From positions 1 to 25,527 of the IMG/VR virus record IMGVR_UViG_3300048606_000008: a stretch of DNA of 25,527 bases, one strand, 5' to 3'. The notes under the pieces were generated by a model. That model saw nothing but the letters and a program-made list of their open reading frames with translations, ran no database searches and was not told the DNA's origin. The position numbers and the translations under genes were made by a program. Source of the stretch: a virus (lineage: Duplodnaviria > Caudoviricetes). Of this stretch, positions 9,281 through 17,954 are shown piece after piece (the stretch's first letter is position 1; every line of letters begins with the position of its first letter).

Positions 9281-9613
9281 ATGGCTGTTGTCCCTGTCGT
9301 CACGCCCTCCATCAACGGCGCTGTCATGGCCCCCACTACCGCGACAACGGGAGGGGACACGATCGCCCCCGGAGGCCGCCCGATCAACCTGATCGTGGAG
9401 AACGACAACGCGAGTGCCACGGTGCTCACGATCGTCGTTCCCGGCAACACGAAATACGGCCCCGCGAACCCGGATATCACCGGGACGTCGATCACGGCAG
9501 GCGCGATGGGCACGTTCCTCCTGCCCGCTGACATCGCCGACCCGGTGACAGGACTGATCAACATCTCCGCAGTCCCCTTCGCCTCAGTCTCCCTGTACGC
9601 GGTCAGCGCCTGA
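9281..9613 (+). CDS. Hypothetical beta-rich virion protein (possible decoration protein)
   Basis: AAGGAG RBS; 110 aa Thr/Val/Gly-rich; inside the structural operon. Confidence 0.6.
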   Translation: MAVVPVVTPSINGAVMAPTTATTGGDTIAPGGRPINLIVENDNASATVLTIVVPGNTKYGPANPDITGTSITAGAMGTFLLPADIADPVTGLINISAVPFASVSLYAVSA

Positions 9614-9798
9614 TGTCCGACTTCGTGCGGGCGAAGAACAAGTTCACCGGCGCGATCGCCTCCCTCCCGCGAGCCGCGATGCCGATGTTCTACGACTGGG
9701 AGATCGACGAGGGCCCGGTGCCGGACAAGCCGAAACCGAAGAAGAACCTGACGAGCCAGACCGAAGCCGTATCCACGGCCAGTAACGAGAAGGAGTAA
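9613..9798 (+). CDS. Hypothetical protein
   Basis: TGATG coupling; 61 aa; ends in the RBS of the major tail gene. Confidence 0.65.
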   Translation: MSDFVRAKNKFTGAIASLPRAAMPMFYDWEIDEGPVPDKPKPKKNLTSQTEAVSTASNEKE

Positions 9799-9801
9799 CT
9801 C

Positions 9802-10293
9802 ATGGCGAAGATGCTGGCCGATGGCAACGTCAAGGTCACCTACGTGGTCACGATCGCGAACCTCGCAGCCCCGGACGTCTCTTCGGAACTCACCGCCGGT
9901 TCCTCGGTGGCGCTGGAGTGCCTCATCACGGCGGACGGCTTCAACATCTCGGTCGACGAGGCCGTGGTGTCCCTGCCCGCCCTGTGTGAGACGTTCGACG
10001 CGGAGTCCCCCGGCCGGGCGAAGTACGCGATCGACCTGACCTGCTTCCGTCACATTGCGACGGTCGACGACAAGGCGTGGACGACCCTTCTCCGGGGCCT
10101 GTCCGGCTACCTCGTCGTCCGCTACGGAGTCGCTGTCACCACCGCCTACACGGCAGCCGACAAGCTCATCGTGTTCCCGGTGACCTTCGGCGAGCGCAAG
10201 CCGCTGCCGACCGAGGCGAACGGTGGCGTGAAGTTCTCCTCGCACGCCTACGTCACCTCGCAGCCCCAGCTGGACGCTGTCGCTGTCGCCTGA
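9802..10293 (+). CDS. Major tail (tube) protein
   Basis: ADGNVKVTYV.TIANLAAP..SEL, LCETFDAESPGR, GYLVVRYG motifs; upstream of chaperone and tape measure. Confidence 0.85.
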   Translation: MAKMLADGNVKVTYVVTIANLAAPDVSSELTAGSSVALECLITADGFNISVDEAVVSLPALCETFDAESPGRAKYAIDLTCFRHIATVDDKAWTTLLRGLSGYLVVRYGVAVTTAYTAADKLIVFPVTFGERKPLPTEANGGVKFSSHAYVTSQPQLDAVAVA

Positions 10294-10302
10294 TCCCTCG
10301 AC

Positions 10303-10339
10303 GACTCCGCCGGTCCAACTGGCTCGGACCGGCGGAGTC
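10303..10339 (+). promoter_or_regulatory. Perfect 14-bp hairpin after the major tail gene, loop AACTGGCTC
   Basis: GACTCCGCCGGTCC (10303-10316) / GGACCGGCGGAGTC (10326-10339); no U-tract. Confidence 0.75.
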
Positions 10340-10351
10340 TGCATGACCTCA

Positions 10352-10381
10352 GAGCCAGAGTTAGAGCCAGAAGGAGCCAGA
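10352..10381 (+). repeat. Three direct repeats of GAGCCAGA
   Basis: Copies at 10352-59, 10364-71 and 10374-81; the third overlaps the SD AAGGAG. Confidence 0.8.
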
Positions 10382-10927
10382 GTGACCAGCAAAGAAGAAA
10401 TGCGGATCCGCAAGCTCGTGCAGGAGTTCGCGCCTGCGGAGAAGGTCGTCGCCCTCGTCACGAAGCCGCAAGTCCAGGCTCAGATCGAGGTGCTCGAGGC
10501 CCGGTTGCTTGAGATCCGCGAGCATGCAGACACGCTTGCCGGAGACCCCGAGGCCATCGAGGTCGGCGCGAAGATCGATGTCCTGCTGCAGTCCGCCTTG
10601 GATTCCATTGTCAAGGTGACGATCCGCCAGATGCCGCGGCGGAAGTGGTCTGACATGAAGGCCCGGTATCCACATGCGGATCCCTTCACTTACCTGTATG
10701 ACTCGAAGATCTTCGAGGAAGCCGTCCCCGCGTCCTGGGCGGCACCTGAGATCGGCGACGAGACGCGCGATGCGCTCCTCGAGAAGGTCACGGACGGACA
10801 GTGGGACCGCCTGGCTCAGGCGGTCAAGGAAGTCAACGGGGATGTGAGCGTCCCTTTCTCCGCGCTCGCTACGCGAGTTCGCCCGGACTCCGTCGCGAGC
10901 GAGCCGCAGCCCGAGCCTACGGAGTAA
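10382..10927 (+). CDS. Tail assembly chaperone (gpG-like)
   Basis: Between major tail and tape measure; GTG 10382 is 5 nt after AAGGAG (preferred over ATG 10343); ends ...VPFS. Confidence 0.8.
   Translation: MTSKEEMRIRKLVQEFAPAEKVVALVTKPQVQAQIEVLEARLLEIREHADTLAGDPEAIEVGAKIDVLLQSALDSIVKVTIRQMPRRKWSDMKARYPHADPFTYLYDSKIFEEAVPASWAAPEIGDETRDALLEKVTDGQWDRLAQAVKEVNGDVSVPFSALATRVRPDSVASEPQPEPTE
10852..10858 (+). other. -1 programmed ribosomal frameshift slippery site C CCT TTC
   Basis: X XXY YYZ heptamer in the chaperone frame; the -1 frame stays open to 11289. Confidence 0.8.
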
Positions 10928-11289
10928 GTAGGAAACGCCTCCTCGGCTGGGAGCCGACCGAGCGGCATGAGCACTTCACCCCGGACGGGAAGCTCGCCGG
11001 CTACACGATCGTCACTCGCGATGTCGAGTTCGACGAGGACGAGCAGGCAGGGGTGCTCGCGTACGAAGAGTTGCTCGAGAACCAATGCCCTGGTTGCGCC
11101 GGGCAGATCGACGAGACGACCGACCCTGAGCACGAAGACGAGTGGCATGGCGAGCTCCCCCTTCGCTGCTTCAAGTGCACTGCCCGTTTACAGGCTCAGG
11201 AGCCTTTCCTGAAACGTGATGAGCGCACGGGTAAGCCGCTGGTCGCCCAGCCTGAGGCCCTTCTCTGGCAGGTCACACGACGATCCTGA
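10852..11289 (+). CDS. Frameshifted C-terminal part of tail assembly chaperone (gpGT-like)
   Basis: -1 frame ORF (YGVSRKRLLGWEP, CPGC...CFKC) ending just before the tape measure RBS. Confidence 0.75.
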   Translation, partial: PFLRARYASSPGLRRERAAARAYGVSRKRLLGWEPTERHEHFTPDGKLAGYTIVTRDVEFDEDEQAGVLAYEELLENQCPGCAGQIDETTDPEHEDEWHGELPLRCFKCTARLQAQEPFLKRDERTGKPLVAQPEALLWQVTRRS

Positions 11290-11298
11290 GGAGGAGCC

Positions 11299-14046
11299 AT
11301 GGCCGATCGCACCGCGGCAGTCAAGCTGACCCTCCGCAATGAGGGGTTCGTCGCGGGCCTGCGGGAGGCCAGTCGTCAGGCGAAGGACTTCGGCACCTCC
11401 GTCGCTGATGGCGCGAAGAAGAACAAGGCCCATCTGGACGGCATGGCGCGCGGGTTCGGCGCTGTAGGTCTCGCCGCTGGTGCTGTGGTTGCCCTGGCGG
11501 TGAAGCGGTTCGCTGACTTCGACGAGGCCATGTCACATGTCCAGGCGGCCACCCACGAGACTGCCGGCAACATGGCGGAGCTTCGTGACGCCGCGCTGGA
11601 TGCTGGCGCGAAGACGAAGTTCTCCGCCACCGAGGCAGCGGGTGCGATCGAGAACCTCGCCAAGGCGGGCGTGTCCACGAAGGACATCCTCGGCGGTGGC
11701 CTGAAGGGCGCGCTCGACCTCGCTGCAGCCGGATCTCTGGATGTCGGCGCCGCAGCGGAGATTGCTGCTACGGCAATGACCCAGTTCGGCTTGTCGGGTA
11801 AGGATGTCCCGCATATCGCTGACCTCCTCGCCGCCGCCGCCGGCAAGGCGCAGGGTGAAGTGTCGGACATGGCCATGGCCCTCAAGCAGGGCGGCTTGGT
11901 CGCCGCCCAGATGGGCCTCTCGCTCGAGGAGACCACCGGGACTCTTGCGGCGTTCGCGAGCGCGGGCCTGATCGGCTCCGACGCGGGCACGTCGCTGAAG
12001 ACGATGCTGCTGAAGCTCGCGAACCCGAGCGTCGAAGCTGCCTCGGCGATGAAGAGCCTCGGTCTCGCGGCGTATGACACGCAGGGCAACTTCGTCGGCC
12101 TTGCCCCCCTTGCGGAACAGCTGAAGACAAAGCTCGGCAACCTGACTCCCGTCCAGCGCGACGCGGCACTGGCGACGATCTTCGGCAGTGACGCGATCCG
12201 CGCCGCGAACGTCCTCTACAAGAACGGCGCGGCGGGGATCTCGGACTGGACGACGAAGGTCAATGACACCGGGTATGCCGCTGAGACCGCAGCCCTGAAG
12301 ACGGACAACCTGAAGGGTGACCTGGAGCGCCTCGGTGGGGCGTTCGACACGGCCCTCATCAAGGCTGGTTCCGGAGCCAACGATGCTCTCCGTGCCCTCA
12401 CTCAGGGCGTGGATGCGGCAGTCACCGGCTTCGCGGAACTCCCTGGCTGGGTACAGCAGGGCGCTACCGCTCTGGCCGGGATCGCCGCCGTCGGCGGCCT
12501 GTCGGCTGCGGGCCTCCTGAAGGCCGCCACCGCAGCCGGGGAACTGAAGGCCGCATGGCAAGGGCTCGGTCGGGTCGGCAAGGGTCTCACGCTCTCCATG
12601 GGCGCTGTCGGTGTGGCTCTCGTCGCCGCCGTTGCTATCTATGGTGCGTTCTCGAAGCGCAACGCCGAGGCCAAGCAGAAGGCCGACGATCTCCGAGCGA
12701 CCCTCGACGAGCAGACCGGCGCGATCACTGGCAACACCCGTGCCTACGTGTCGAACAATCTTGCCCAGAACGGGATGGCGCAGAAGGCCAAGGATCTCGG
12801 CCTGAGCCTCTCGACCATCACGAGCGCGGCACTGGGCAACGCGCCCGCGCTTGAAGCCGTGACCCGGCAACTGGATGCGATGATCGAGGCCGGCAAGACC
12901 AACGGCCCCGTCACCACCCAGGCCGCTTATGACCTGACCCAGCAGGGCATCGCGGCTGCGGCCCTGAAGGAAGAACTCCTCGGGTCCAACAAGCAACTGA
13001 CCGAGGCTCAGCGTGTCCAGAAGCTCGCCGCCGAAGGTGCTTCGGAGAACAAGACCGCCCAGGAATTGACTGCCGAGGCGACAAAGAAGGCGGCTGAAGC
13101 TTTTCAGGCCGAGGCGCAAAGCCTCGACGACATCATCTCCAAGATGCACCTCGCCTCAGGGGCGGCCTTGGAGTTGGCTGGCTCGCAGATCTCCTTCCAG
13201 GCCGCACTCGACAATGCGACTGAGGGGATCAAGGAGAACGGCAAGACCCTCAACATCAACACCAAAGAGGGCCGAGCCAACAAGACCGCACTGCTGGAGA
13301 TCGCCGACTCTGCCAACAAGCAGACCGACGCCATCTATAAGTCCACTGCGGGGTATGGCGGGGCAGTGAAGGCGTCAGCTTCGGCGCGGGCCTCCTTCAT
13401 CCAGGTCGCGATGCAGATGGGCCTGACCAAGAAGCAGGCCGAGGCGTACGCGACATCGCTGATCGACATCCCGAAGAAGGCCGACACCAAGGTCACGAAC
13501 ACTGCCCCGGCCGCGAAGGCGAAGGTCGACACCTACAAGGGGGCCCTCAATCTTCTGCCGAAGCAGAAGACCACCGGGGTGTCCGTAACTGGTGCCGCGG
13601 CGGCCAGGCAGCAGGTGCTGAACCTGAGCGGCGCTATCAACAACCTCCCGTCTCAGAAGAACATCTACATCAAGATGATCCAGAGCGGGAGCGTCGGCGG
13701 TATCCCGCAGGGCATCAAGAAGCCGGGTTCCTCTGCTGGCGGCTTGATCCCTGGCGCTCCATCTGCCGTGGACAACCACATGCGAGCGATGGCGACCGGT
13801 GAGTTCGTAGTCCAGGCCAGCAAGGTCCAAGGCAACCTCGCCCTACTGGAGGCGATCAACTCCGGCCGGTTCCAGCAGACCGCCATGCCTGCCGCAACGA
13901 GCCGCGCACCTTCGGTGAACCTCGGCGACACGGTGCTGTACGCAACCATCCCGATCGACCTCGGCAACGGAGTGAAGAAGGTCGTCCGGACCGAGATCAA
14001 GGCTGTCGCCCGCGAGTCCGCCCAGTCATACGGAATCGGGGGCTGA
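11299..14046 (+). CDS. Tape measure protein (TP901-family core)
   Basis: 915 aa Ala/Gly-rich helical protein; FSATEAAGAIENLAKAG, GSDAGTSLKTML, DNLKGDLERLGG motifs; C-terminal GEFVV. Confidence 0.95.
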   Translation: MADRTAAVKLTLRNEGFVAGLREASRQAKDFGTSVADGAKKNKAHLDGMARGFGAVGLAAGAVVALAVKRFADFDEAMSHVQAATHETAGNMAELRDAALDAGAKTKFSATEAAGAIENLAKAGVSTKDILGGGLKGALDLAAAGSLDVGAAAEIAATAMTQFGLSGKDVPHIADLLAAAAGKAQGEVSDMAMALKQGGLVAAQMGLSLEETTGTLAAFASAGLIGSDAGTSLKTMLLKLANPSVEAASAMKSLGLAAYDTQGNFVGLAPLAEQLKTKLGNLTPVQRDAALATIFGSDAIRAANVLYKNGAAGISDWTTKVNDTGYAAETAALKTDNLKGDLERLGGAFDTALIKAGSGANDALRALTQGVDAAVTGFAELPGWVQQGATALAGIAAVGGLSAAGLLKAATAAGELKAAWQGLGRVGKGLTLSMGAVGVALVAAVAIYGAFSKRNAEAKQKADDLRATLDEQTGAITGNTRAYVSNNLAQNGMAQKAKDLGLSLSTITSAALGNAPALEAVTRQLDAMIEAGKTNGPVTTQAAYDLTQQGIAAAALKEELLGSNKQLTEAQRVQKLAAEGASENKTAQELTAEATKKAAEAFQAEAQSLDDIISKMHLASGAALELAGSQISFQAALDNATEGIKENGKTLNINTKEGRANKTALLEIADSANKQTDAIYKSTAGYGGAVKASASARASFIQVAMQMGLTKKQAEAYATSLIDIPKKADTKVTNTAPAAKAKVDTYKGALNLLPKQKTTGVSVTGAAAARQQVLNLSGAINNLPSQKNIYIKMIQSGSVGGIPQGIKKPGSSAGGLIPGAPSAVDNHMRAMATGEFVVQASKVQGNLALLEAINSGRFQQTAMPAATSRAPSVNLGDTVLYATIPIDLGNGVKKVVRTEIKAVARESAQSYGIGG

Positions 14047-14047
14047 C

Positions 14048-15001
14048 ATGCCGATCGTCGTCAACACCGGCACCGTCACCCCACCCGCTCCCCCGACTGC
14101 TCCGCCGTCATACATCGCCACCGATCTCCTGGCGTTGACGTGGACGGGCTGGAACGGCGACACCTGGGATGTCCAGGGTGGCAACTCCAAGGCAACGATG
14201 GAGCGCTACGGGCGCGCCGGGTTCGGTATGCCTCCGGTGCAGCACTTCTTCACCGAGTCGGCTACCACTGACGGCGCGGTGTGGAACGGCTACCGGGTTC
14301 CTGGCCGGCCGTTCAAGTTCCCAGTGTTCGTCACCGGCTCGACTCCGACCGAGGCGCGGGCAGAGCAGGCGAAGTTCATGGCGACGCTGCGCCCCGAGAA
14401 GCTCGGCACCCTGACTGTCGCCGACCCCGCGGGAAACCGCCGCTACATCGACCTGCGGTACATGGGCGGTGCTGACGAGGAGTTCGAGTCATCGGACTAC
14501 GCCCTCTACTGGTACAGCCACCAGCTGCAGATGCTGGCGGAGCAGCCGTACTACTACGCCGACCCGATCGTCCTGACGTTCGACTCCGCAGACCAGGTGA
14601 ACTTCTATGGCGGTGGTGTCGGTACTCAAGCACCGCTGTTCTACGTGAGCAGTTCGCAGACCACCGGCAACGCTGTGGTGACGAACCCGGGTGATGTGGA
14701 TGCGTGGCCAGCGTGGAAGCTCTACGGGCCGTTCACCTCCGCTGTCCTGTCGGTGGGTGGGGTGCAGATCGTCTATTCGGAGGCTGTTCTTGGTGGGCAC
14801 TGGGTGGAGATCGACACCCATCCGAAGCGGCTGACGATCGTCAACGACCTCGGGGTGAACAAGTTCGCGAAGGCGACCACCCTGAACACAGCGCCCATCC
14901 CGTACTCCGCCTCCACCCCGATCGCCCTGACCCTGAACGGCTCGGACCCGACCACGAAGGTTGAGGTCGCGTTCACGCCCAACTTCTGGCGGGCCTGGTA
15001 G
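14048..15001 (+). CDS. Distal tail protein (Dit-like minor tail protein)
   Basis: First gene after tape measure; NPGDVDAWPAWKLYGP motif. Confidence 0.8.
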   Translation: MPIVVNTGTVTPPAPPTAPPSYIATDLLALTWTGWNGDTWDVQGGNSKATMERYGRAGFGMPPVQHFFTESATTDGAVWNGYRVPGRPFKFPVFVTGSTPTEARAEQAKFMATLRPEKLGTLTVADPAGNRRYIDLRYMGGADEEFESSDYALYWYSHQLQMLAEQPYYYADPIVLTFDSADQVNFYGGGVGTQAPLFYVSSSQTTGNAVVTNPGDVDAWPAWKLYGPFTSAVLSVGGVQIVYSEAVLGGHWVEIDTHPKRLTIVNDLGVNKFAKATTLNTAPIPYSASTPIALTLNGSDPTTKVEVAFTPNFWRAW

Positions 15002-16992
15002 TGGGCACCTTCGTTGCCGGTGACATCAGCGCACTGACCACCAGCGTCACCGCTCTCACCGACGTCGTATGGCCCACCCACTCGGGTGATGATCTCGCGA
15101 TCCTCGCCCACGGATACGGGGACGGCACGAACACCGGCACGATGGACGCCGGGTTCACCAACATCGCAGACCTGACCGACACGAACCTCCGCGCCGTCGT
15201 CGGCAAGCGGATCCCGACCACCATGACCGGCTCCGAGTCCGGGGCCGTCACGCTCACCACAACCACCGGTGCGCGGCAGGTCGGTGCGCTGGTGGCCTAC
15301 AACGGCTACTCGGACGTTCAGCAGATTGTCAGCCAGGCGGAGACCTCCGGTACGGCGGTCACGACTCACGCCTCTCCTGCGATCACTCCCCAGCGCGTCG
15401 GGTCCGGGTTCGTCATCATCTACATGGACCGGGTCTCGGCCGGCAACACGACCGTGACGCCTCCCGCGGGGTTCACTCTGCGGGAGGAGTTCGGCACCCT
15501 CGGCACTGGCGGCATTCTCGTGCACGTCGCCGACGACCTTTCCGGAACGCACGGGACCACCCCGTTCACTCCTGCTAGCTGGACTGTCGCGGTCGGGTCC
15601 ACGTCGGCGGAAGTGATTCTGCTCGAGCTAGCCCCGATCCTCGAGGCGACCGGCGATCGCACCGCGACTGCAACGCTCACTGGTGCGGCAACGGCTGCTC
15701 GACTCGCAACTGGGGATCGCACTGCCTCGGCGACCCTGACGGGTGCTGGCAGTGTGGCCCGTAACGCCTCTGGCAACCGGACTGCTACTGCCACGCTCGC
15801 CGGGGATGCTTCGGTCACGGTCACCGTTCCCCCTGCGGACCCCTTCGTTCCCCGTTCGCCGTTCCTGATCGAGGTGTGGGACGGCACGGTCAACCCGTTC
15901 GTGGAGATGGGGCGGGTCGGGTCGTACGTCTCCTCCGAAGTGGTTCTCCGGCACAACCAGGTCGGGTCGTGGAAGTTCACGATGAACCTCAGCGACGGTG
16001 GGGTGGATCTCCTCACCCCGCTCGGCCGGCGCATCACGATCGACTACCGCGGCACCCGGATCCTGTCCGGCCCCGTCTGGGGAGTGCGCCGTTCACGCCA
16101 GGGCGTAGAGGATCAGGTCGAGGTCTACGGCTACAGCGACCTCGTGTGGCTGGATCGCAGGCTCGCCTTCCCGAACCCGCTGGCTACTTTCCCGGCGGAT
16201 GGAGTGGCGTTCACCCAGCCGTCGTTCGGCGACTTCATCGGCGACAACGCCGAGACGGCAGTGAAGTACTGGGTGACCCGCAACTGTGTCACCCGCCAGC
16301 CCGTCCCGGGCCTGACGGTCGCAACGGACCTCGGTCGCGGCGCGGTCCTGGGTGATGCGCCGAGATTCAAGACGGTCCTGGAGACCTGCGCGAAACTCGC
16401 GGGTACCGCTGGTATCGGGCTGTCGCTGCAGCAGGTCGGCAGCGAACTTGTCTTCGACATCTACGTGCCGGCGGTCCAGCCCGTCCGGCTCTCCCGCTCG
16501 CTGGGGAACCTGCGGGACTGGGAGTTCGTCAACGAAGGCCCGAACGCCACGCGGGTTGTCATCGGCGGCCCGGGGGAACGGCTGGCCCGGGAGTACACCC
16601 TCGGGAGAGTCTCCACGTCGGAGACCGGATGGGGTATCACCGAGACCTTCATCGAGTCCTCGGCCGACACTCAGCCGGAGCGGTACCAAGAGGGCATCGA
16701 TCACCTGATGGAGAACACCCCCACCTACTCGTTCTCGGTGGTTCCACAGGAGACCGAGTCGATGCGATTTGGGGAGACCTATCACCTCGGCGACGTGGTG
16801 GATACGGAACTGTTCCCGACCGTCACCCTGACGGACATCGTCCGCGAGGTCACGATCACCGACTCCGTAGATGACGGGGTGGATGTGAAGCCGATCATCG
16901 GCAACCTCGAGGCCGCGAAACGCACCGATGCCGTCTACCTGGAGCTCCGCAGACTGCGTGCCCAGATCAACAAGCGTGAGAGGGAGACCTGA
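15001..16992 (+). CDS. Baseplate hub/Tal (Gp37-like minor tail protein) with an extra N-terminal domain and repeats
   Basis: C-terminal ~380 aa: RHNQVGSW, LSGPV, LDRRLAFP, FGETYHLGDVV; N-terminal ~275 aa paralogous to 22851..24119. Confidence 0.8.
   Translation: MGTFVAGDISALTTSVTALTDVVWPTHSGDDLAILAHGYGDGTNTGTMDAGFTNIADLTDTNLRAVVGKRIPTTMTGSESGAVTLTTTTGARQVGALVAYNGYSDVQQIVSQAETSGTAVTTHASPAITPQRVGSGFVIIYMDRVSAGNTTVTPPAGFTLREEFGTLGTGGILVHVADDLSGTHGTTPFTPASWTVAVGSTSAEVILLELAPILEATGDRTATATLTGAATAARLATGDRTASATLTGAGSVARNASGNRTATATLAGDASVTVTVPPADPFVPRSPFLIEVWDGTVNPFVEMGRVGSYVSSEVVLRHNQVGSWKFTMNLSDGGVDLLTPLGRRITIDYRGTRILSGPVWGVRRSRQGVEDQVEVYGYSDLVWLDRRLAFPNPLATFPADGVAFTQPSFGDFIGDNAETAVKYWVTRNCVTRQPVPGLTVATDLGRGAVLGDAPRFKTVLETCAKLAGTAGIGLSLQQVGSELVFDIYVPAVQPVRLSRSLGNLRDWEFVNEGPNATRVVIGGPGERLAREYTLGRVSTSETGWGITETFIESSADTQPERYQEGIDHLMENTPTYSFSVVPQETESMRFGETYHLGDVVDTELFPTVTLTDIVREVTITDSVDDGVDVKPIIGNLEAAKRTDAVYLELRRLRAQINKRERET
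15646..15825 (+). repeat. Three ~20-aa repeats G(D/N)RTA(T/S)ATLxG in the hub protein
   Basis: ATGDRTATATLTGAATAARL / ATGDRTASATLTGAGSVARN / ASGNRTATATLAGDASVTVT. Confidence 0.85.
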
Positions 16993-17897
16993 TGGCGATC
17001 ACTTCCGCCGGGTATACCGGCACCGTCGATCAAGTCGACTTCTCGGAGATGTTCACCGGGGTCGCTGACAACGGTGTCGTCGGTGAGTACAACGACTCGT
17101 CGCTGTCGGCGGCGAAGGTCTCCGGGCAGCGAACGATGCTGGTGCAGCCTGGCTCCGTCTGGGCGCCTGGCGTTCTGTCGAAGCTGACTGTGGCAACGAA
17201 CGCTACTGCAGCAGCTGCATTGGTCGGCAGTAGCCGCATCGACCTCCTGATCGCGAAGTTCAACTGGTCCACAGGGTTGACTACCTTCGAGATGAAGGCC
17301 GGGACCGCCGGGACCGGGGTGCCTCCGGCTGTCACTCAGACGGCGGGGGTTGTCTGGGAGGTTCCTCTCCGGCAGGGGATGCTCACCACGGCCTCCGCTT
17401 CGGAGTACGTCGCATCCTCGGTGATGGAGCGGCGATACTGGATCAACCAGGGCAAGTTCGTCCTGGCGAGCGCGACCCAGTTGCCATCGGCAAAGATCGG
17501 CGCCGTCGCCGTTCGTCCGGACGCCAAGCAGACGCTCATCTACAGCGGAGCCGGGTGGGACACCTACAAGGCCGAGTCCGACACCGGCTGGGGTCTCACC
17601 TCGATCCCCTCTCCCGGCGGGTTCTCCGGTGGGGTGTACGGCCGGATCCGCAACGGCCAGGTCGAACTCCAGTTCGAATGGGACAAGGTCGGCGCCGGCA
17701 CCGGACCCACGCCGGTCGAGTTCGGCATTGCGATCCCTGCCGGCTACCGCCCCGCCAGGGATGTGGACAAGGTCCTCATCGTTGCCAAGACCCGCCTCTG
17801 CCGTATCTACATCCAACCCGGCGGTGCAGCGAACCTCGGCCCGATGACCCTGAATGCCGGCGAGACATTGCGCGGCCACATCGCCTACGCCGCCTGA
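16992..17897 (+). CDS. Minor tail protein
   Basis: RIDLLIAKFNW, PPAVTQTAGVVWEVPL, DTGW, IPAGYRP motifs; TGATG coupling. Confidence 0.78.
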   Translation: MAITSAGYTGTVDQVDFSEMFTGVADNGVVGEYNDSSLSAAKVSGQRTMLVQPGSVWAPGVLSKLTVATNATAAAALVGSSRIDLLIAKFNWSTGLTTFEMKAGTAGTGVPPAVTQTAGVVWEVPLRQGMLTTASASEYVASSVMERRYWINQGKFVLASATQLPSAKIGAVAVRPDAKQTLIYSGAGWDTYKAESDTGWGLTSIPSPGGFSGGVYGRIRNGQVELQFEWDKVGAGTGPTPVEFGIAIPAGYRPARDVDKVLIVAKTRLCRIYIQPGGAANLGPMTLNAGETLRGHIAYAA

Positions 17898-17954
17898 TCC
17901 ACCCCCTAGACCCACGCCCGCTGGGTCTCCTCCGCATGCCTTGAAGGAGTCCTG

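Noticed and set aside
11533-13149. 538-aa minus-strand ORF (also 9217..10461, 20975..22303, 6130..7221 and similar)
   Set aside because: Antisense shadows of well-supported + strand genes, expected from high-GC codon bias; no recognisable motifs
17908-17928. Hairpin AGACCCA/TGGGTCT before the tailspike gene
   Set aside because: Only 7 bp with no U-tract; insufficient to call a terminator
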